Shown: positions 59,999 through 64,000 of the stretch, piece by piece | Position numbering within the stretch: position 1 is the stretch's first letter | Layout: every line of letters begins with the position of its first letter | Assembly: GCA_003649205.1 (NCBI GenBank) | Contig: QMRC01000002.1 | Span: 128,001-192,000 of the forward strand | Direction: 5' to 3' | Origin: Thermoprotei archaeon | Lineage (GTDB): Archaea > Thermoproteota > Thermoprotei > Thermoproteales > B15-G16 | Length of the DNA: 64,000 bases | Position numbers and translations under genes: made by a program | The notes under the pieces: generated by a model | Seen by the model: only the letters and a program-made list of their open reading frames with translations | What the model was told of the DNA's origin: nothing | The model's database searches: none

Positions 59999-61162
59999 GT
60001 GAGCTACGACTACGAGGAAATTACGATACCAAATGGTAGGGTTGATAGGATCGACTTCTGGATTTCGCCACCTGTACTCTACTCAGTAATTCGTACAGTT
60101 GATAAGTTGAGTCAAGTTCTCTCAACTAAGTCTACTAAAGTTCTTACTGCTGTGGGGAAGGTAAAGGATAGGGTCGAGATAAAGGAAATTAGGACTAACA
60201 TAGGGACTGATCTAGTCACTGTAGCCATAGACTCAACTTATACCATACCTTATCTAGAGTTAATTGGTGGTAACTTAGCTATTGTTGCTGCGGGATTCGT
60301 AAGGTATCCAGCATTGAAGAAGGGTATCAACAGCTATGCGACAGCAACCATTGTACTAGATGATGAGGTTCAGAACTTTGAGAACTACGTCAGTAAGATT
60401 GCTCAGTACATGGAGAGGAAGGTACTGTATAGATTGTTGAAGAAGTTGGAGAGAGGTTACAGATTTGACTTAGTTGCTATCGATGGTAGTATTCTCCCAG
60501 CTCCTTTACCCTTTGCATTACCAAGTGGTATTAAGGGAAGGAGCGAGAGTAAGGTTGGTAAGGTGCTGTCCAAGAGTTTTCTCCTGATGAAGGAGATCAT
60601 TAAGTTAGCTAGGAAACATAATGTTGCTATAGTTGGCATAATTAAGAGAGTTAGGACAAAGTACTTCTCGATTATTCTCGGTGAAAAAGCTCCAGTAAAT
60701 GATAAGGTAATTGCTTCTCTCTTACTGAAGCCAAGTACCTACTTAGTGCTCGGTAAATTGGGTAGTATAGTTAGGGAGTATGTGAAGTATGTAAGGGGTT
60801 TGTCGTTGAAGGAAGTAGATGAGGTTAGAGATGCTCTTCCAGAAGTCGATGACATAGATGTTGTCTTCTACCGATCACCCATGAGCCTCTATATGCAGAG
60901 TACCAAGGTTGAGATACTGAACTTTAGCAACGTAGATCTTCATGATATCATTAGCTATCTCTGCATTCATACGACGCATACTGGAGTCCCTCACTTCATG
61001 GACATGGTAGATGCATACATTAGGTGCGAATCCAAGGTCTTACCTCATATACAGCAAATTCTCGAGAGTAAGGTAATTGAGAAGGGTGGATTACCTATAC
61101 TAACTGGATTTACAAATCCACAGAAGATGCACCTATACCGCGATCAGTTTCATTCAAGGTAA
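59999..61162 (+). CDS. NurA-like nuclease
   Basis: VAIDST, MERK, IDGSI, GIIKR, GVP..VD; directly after the HerA-like gene. Confidence 0.82.
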   Translation: MSYDYEEITIPNGRVDRIDFWISPPVLYSVIRTVDKLSQVLSTKSTKVLTAVGKVKDRVEIKEIRTNIGTDLVTVAIDSTYTIPYLELIGGNLAIVAAGFVRYPALKKGINSYATATIVLDDEVQNFENYVSKIAQYMERKVLYRLLKKLERGYRFDLVAIDGSILPAPLPFALPSGIKGRSESKVGKVLSKSFLLMKEIIKLARKHNVAIVGIIKRVRTKYFSIILGEKAPVNDKVIASLLLKPSTYLVLGKLGSIVREYVKYVRGLSLKEVDEVRDALPEVDDIDVVFYRSPMSLYMQSTKVEILNFSNVDLHDIISYLCIHTTHTGVPHFMDMVDAYIRCESKVLPHIQQILESKVIEKGGLPILTGFTNPQKMHLYRDQFHSR

Positions 61163-61819
61163 TTACTTTGGTACATGTGTACAAGTTTCTTCCCTCTCCT
61201 CCTTTCTCTCCTCATATAATCTATGCAGTAGGAGACGAACTTTCTTCGCTATGATATCGGTCTTAGTTATTATACCAACAACCCTGCCCCTATCAGCAAC
61301 CAAGACTGCTGGTACACCCTGTGACAATATCTTAACTACGACGTCGATTCTCTCATTAACACTAATTATCGGAAGAGCATCAGACATTATCTTCTCAACT
61401 GGTTCTTTGAGAATTGCATCACCTTCCCTAATCAACGCTCTCAATACATCATCCTCCTTAACAGTGCCAATAACCTTGTCATCCTTTATGACAGGTAGCT
61501 GAGAAAAGCCATGTTTCCACATGAGTTTGATAGCCTTCTCGACACTATCCTCTGGTTGAACGTACACAACGGGTGAGTTCATTACGTCACCTGCTTTAGT
61601 TCCTTCAGTAATGCTCTCTTCCAGTACTTTTAGTATTCTCCTTAGTGTTGATAGACGAGGATCAACTGTACCAGCTTCAATCCTAGCTATTAGAGACTGA
61701 CTTACACAAGCTCTCTTAGCTAGTTCTCTCTGTGTTAATCCAGCCTTTTTACGAAGGAGTTTTATGTCTTCAGGTGTTGGTAGAAAGGACATGTAGTAGC
61801 ACCGAGTATAATTTTTCAT
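61163..61819 (-). CDS. XRE-HTH + CBS-pair regulator
   Basis: GLTQRELA..VSQSLIARIE..DPRLST; FSQLPV; GIITKTD. Confidence 0.93.
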   Translation of the reverse strand: MKNYTRCYYMSFLPTPEDIKLLRKKAGLTQRELAKRACVSQSLIARIEAGTVDPRLSTLRRILKVLEESITEGTKAGDVMNSPVVYVQPEDSVEKAIKLMWKHGFSQLPVIKDDKVIGTVKEDDVLRALIREGDAILKEPVEKIMSDALPIISVNERIDVVVKILSQGVPAVLVADRGRVVGIITKTDIIAKKVRLLLHRLYEERKEEREETCTHVPK

Positions 61820-61851
61820 TGAGAATCTTAAAAATCTGATTTAGGCAAGGT

Positions 61852-62973
61852 ATGCTATTCGAGAGACCTAAGGATGCTCTACTTGAGGTGTTGCGTGAGG
61901 AGGGTCTCTTTTCAGTAGCTTGCCATGTAAGAGGTATTGTGAAGAGACCTAGAGAGGATCCATTTCAGGATCTTGCTGTTGCACTTCTCCTCGGTAAAGG
62001 GGTTCTTACTGAACGACGTGAAGGTGATTTACCGAGAGGCGTCGTTTATCGTGAGGGTGTATTCAAGTTCTTGGGTGGTCCTGGAGATGAGCACCCTGAT
62101 GTGGTCTTCAGAAAGGTAGGTAGCGGGTATAAGCACGTACTAGAGGGGGTAGCTCTCGAAAGGTTACTATCTAGATTCCCCCTCATAGTGATTGACCTAT
62201 CACTCTGGGAACGACATACAGAAGGTGAGAAGTCTAGGCTCATACAGCAGCTAGCTTCCTCACTTAACGTAGTTAGAGCATTTCTCTGGGATCAACACCT
62301 CGTACTTACATGTACTTACCCATCGATTGCTGAGCGATTTAGGAGAGCTGTAGGTCAGAGAGCAAGACCTCAAGTAACGCAGGAGTCAACACTTGAATTT
62401 CTCAGGAGTTTAGGTCGTGTAAGGGCTATTCTCCTAGATCCAAATGTTGATGAAGAACTCACTACAGATGATGTACTCACTGCTGATGTCTTCGTCATCG
62501 GTGGTATAGTCGATAGAGAGGTACCGAGACCTGGTGAGACCAGGTTAATTGCTGATAAGTTAGGTTCTTTGGTTGAGAGAAAGAAGATCGTACTACGTGG
62601 TAAGTTGTATGGTGTCCCTCACAGGGTAAATAGAGTGATTGAGTTAATACTTAGAACGAGGTACGTTACGAGAGATCTCGAGAAAGCAATTCTCTCTACA
62701 ATGTCGATATACGATAAACTATGGAGACTTCGTCATGAACTTGTTGAGAGAGCTATTAGGGTTAGAATTGAAGGTAGTACCAAGCTCCTCATCTCGAGGT
62801 CAGTAGTTAATGAGTTACGTAGGTTTCTAGGTCTCGATATAGAGTATATTAACCTAGCTATAAGGCAGGTCGGTGTTGAGGTAGTTGATGACGATTATCT
62901 GGGTAAGGTGCTTCGGTCATGTGAAGTCGTTAGGAGAAGAGATGGTAGGGTAGTTTATGTTTTTAGGGGGTAG
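61852..62973 (+). CDS. trm10: tRNA m1R9 methyltransferase
   Basis: VIDLSLW..H, LLDP, FVIGGIVD, GVPHRVN. Confidence 0.8.
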   Translation: MLFERPKDALLEVLREEGLFSVACHVRGIVKRPREDPFQDLAVALLLGKGVLTERREGDLPRGVVYREGVFKFLGGPGDEHPDVVFRKVGSGYKHVLEGVALERLLSRFPLIVIDLSLWERHTEGEKSRLIQQLASSLNVVRAFLWDQHLVLTCTYPSIAERFRRAVGQRARPQVTQESTLEFLRSLGRVRAILLDPNVDEELTTDDVLTADVFVIGGIVDREVPRPGETRLIADKLGSLVERKKIVLRGKLYGVPHRVNRVIELILRTRYVTRDLEKAILSTMSIYDKLWRLRHELVERAIRVRIEGSTKLLISRSVVNELRRFLGLDIEYINLAIRQVGVEVVDDDYLGKVLRSCEVVRRRDGRVVYVFRG

Positions 62974-63004
62974 TTCCTGAAGTTGTTCTTGAAGAGGGTT
63001 TTGT

Positions 63005-63847
63005 GTGAGTAGTAAGGAGTTTACAGTAGTTATACCTGCATACAATGAGATGGGTAGGATAGATAAGTACCTACCTGAGCTAGTACGTACTCTTGACAAG
63101 TACTTAGGAGATAGCTGTGAAGTAATTATTGTCACTGATGGGTGTACAGATGGTACTGATCTATGGGTCCATGAATTTAGTAAGCAGCATACAAACATCA
63201 AGCATCTAAACTTCAAGCATAGACTAGGTAAGGGAAGAGCTATTGTCACTGGACTGAGTATTGGCAGAGGTAGGTATCTCGCATATGTAGATGCTGATGG
63301 TTCAGTACCACCTAAGGAGGTAGTTAAGCTACTCCTATACATTAAGAAGGTGAACTGTGATCTAGTGATCGCTTCACGTTACTTACCAACATCACAGATC
63401 CTTAGAAAGCCGCCACTAATACGTATCCTGTACTCAAGAATCTTCAATGCAATCACTAAGATGTTATTTCCTGTACTCAGCACAATTCATGATACTCAAT
63501 GTGGACTAAAGGTAATTCGTCGAAGTACCTTCAGTAAGATTAAGAGTAAATTACTGGTACAGAATTTCGCCTTTGATGTCAATCTAATACTATCGGTAAT
63601 AGACGTGAGTGGTGAAGTTGTTGAAGTACCGATTCAGTGGTTTCACGTTGATATAGGGAGTAAGGTTAACGGAGAAGGTAGCATATTCACTAGGGTTAGA
63701 TGCTTAAATAAGGTAGGTCTTCAAATGCTACTTTCAGTACTGAAGCTAAAACTCTACAGAGGTAGATTAGGTATTGGGAGAGCACTACTTCAGCACCTTG
63801 GTAAGGTACTTGACTTCCTAATTTCACTTACCTTGAGAGGTGAGTAG
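63005..63847 (+). CDS. GT2 glycosyltransferase (dolichyl-phosphate hexose synthase-like)
   Basis: VVIPAYNE, DGCTDGT, GKG, DADG, DTQCGLK. Confidence 0.92.
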   Translation: MSSKEFTVVIPAYNEMGRIDKYLPELVRTLDKYLGDSCEVIIVTDGCTDGTDLWVHEFSKQHTNIKHLNFKHRLGKGRAIVTGLSIGRGRYLAYVDADGSVPPKEVVKLLLYIKKVNCDLVIASRYLPTSQILRKPPLIRILYSRIFNAITKMLFPVLSTIHDTQCGLKVIRRSTFSKIKSKLLVQNFAFDVNLILSVIDVSGEVVEVPIQWFHVDIGSKVNGEGSIFTRVRCLNKVGLQMLLSVLKLKLYRGRLGIGRALLQHLGKVLDFLISLTLRGE

Positions 63848-64000
63848 ATAGGTTAGGTAGTGAGGAGCTCCTCATCCTCATGTACATAGCGAGGAGTGGA
63901 GAGCACTCGGTATCAGTAGATGAGCTGTGTAGAAGCACAGGGATGAACCGAGTGCAGCTATACAAGCTAGTTCACAGATTGTGTGATCTCAACTTACTAC
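63845..64000 (+). CDS. partial winged-helix protein (runs off window; start uncertain)
   Basis: ELLILMYIARSG..SVDELCRSTGMNRVQLYKLVHRLCDLNLL. Confidence 0.5.

Overview
Archaeal DNA, most likely from a hyperthermophilic Thermoproteota (crenarchaeal-type) genome. This is inferred from uL16/L10e, two tRNAs with BHB introns, box C/D sRNAs and PaREP1 genes. About 1-22 kb is an accessory/defence island: an HD-domain dNTPase-like gene, an ABC-type ATPase + Toprim-like pair, several VapBC, HEPN/MNT and DUF2283/DUF4258 modules, and many pseudogenes. About 22-64 kb is mostly core metabolism. The most striking locus (33.4-46.4 kb) is an F420/acetyl-CoA synthase cluster: cofD, an frhB-like gene, cdhA, cdhC, a small ORF, cdhD, cdhE, cooC, mer, cofE and acdA. 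ACS and the corrinoid Fe-S protein look intact, but the CO dehydrogenase alpha subunit has lost its Fe-S cluster motifs and about half of its C-cluster ligands, and cdhB is absent. Other highlights are a CCA-ending tRNA minihelix fused directly behind tRNA-Pro and next to a free-standing LAGLIDADG gene, a tandem pair of C/D-box RNAs, and RHH regulators carrying the 'ERLRALGYL' tail that their neighbouring phosphodiesterase lacks. No CRISPR array, integrase or transposase was seen. All family calls come from motif recognition by eye; no searches were run.
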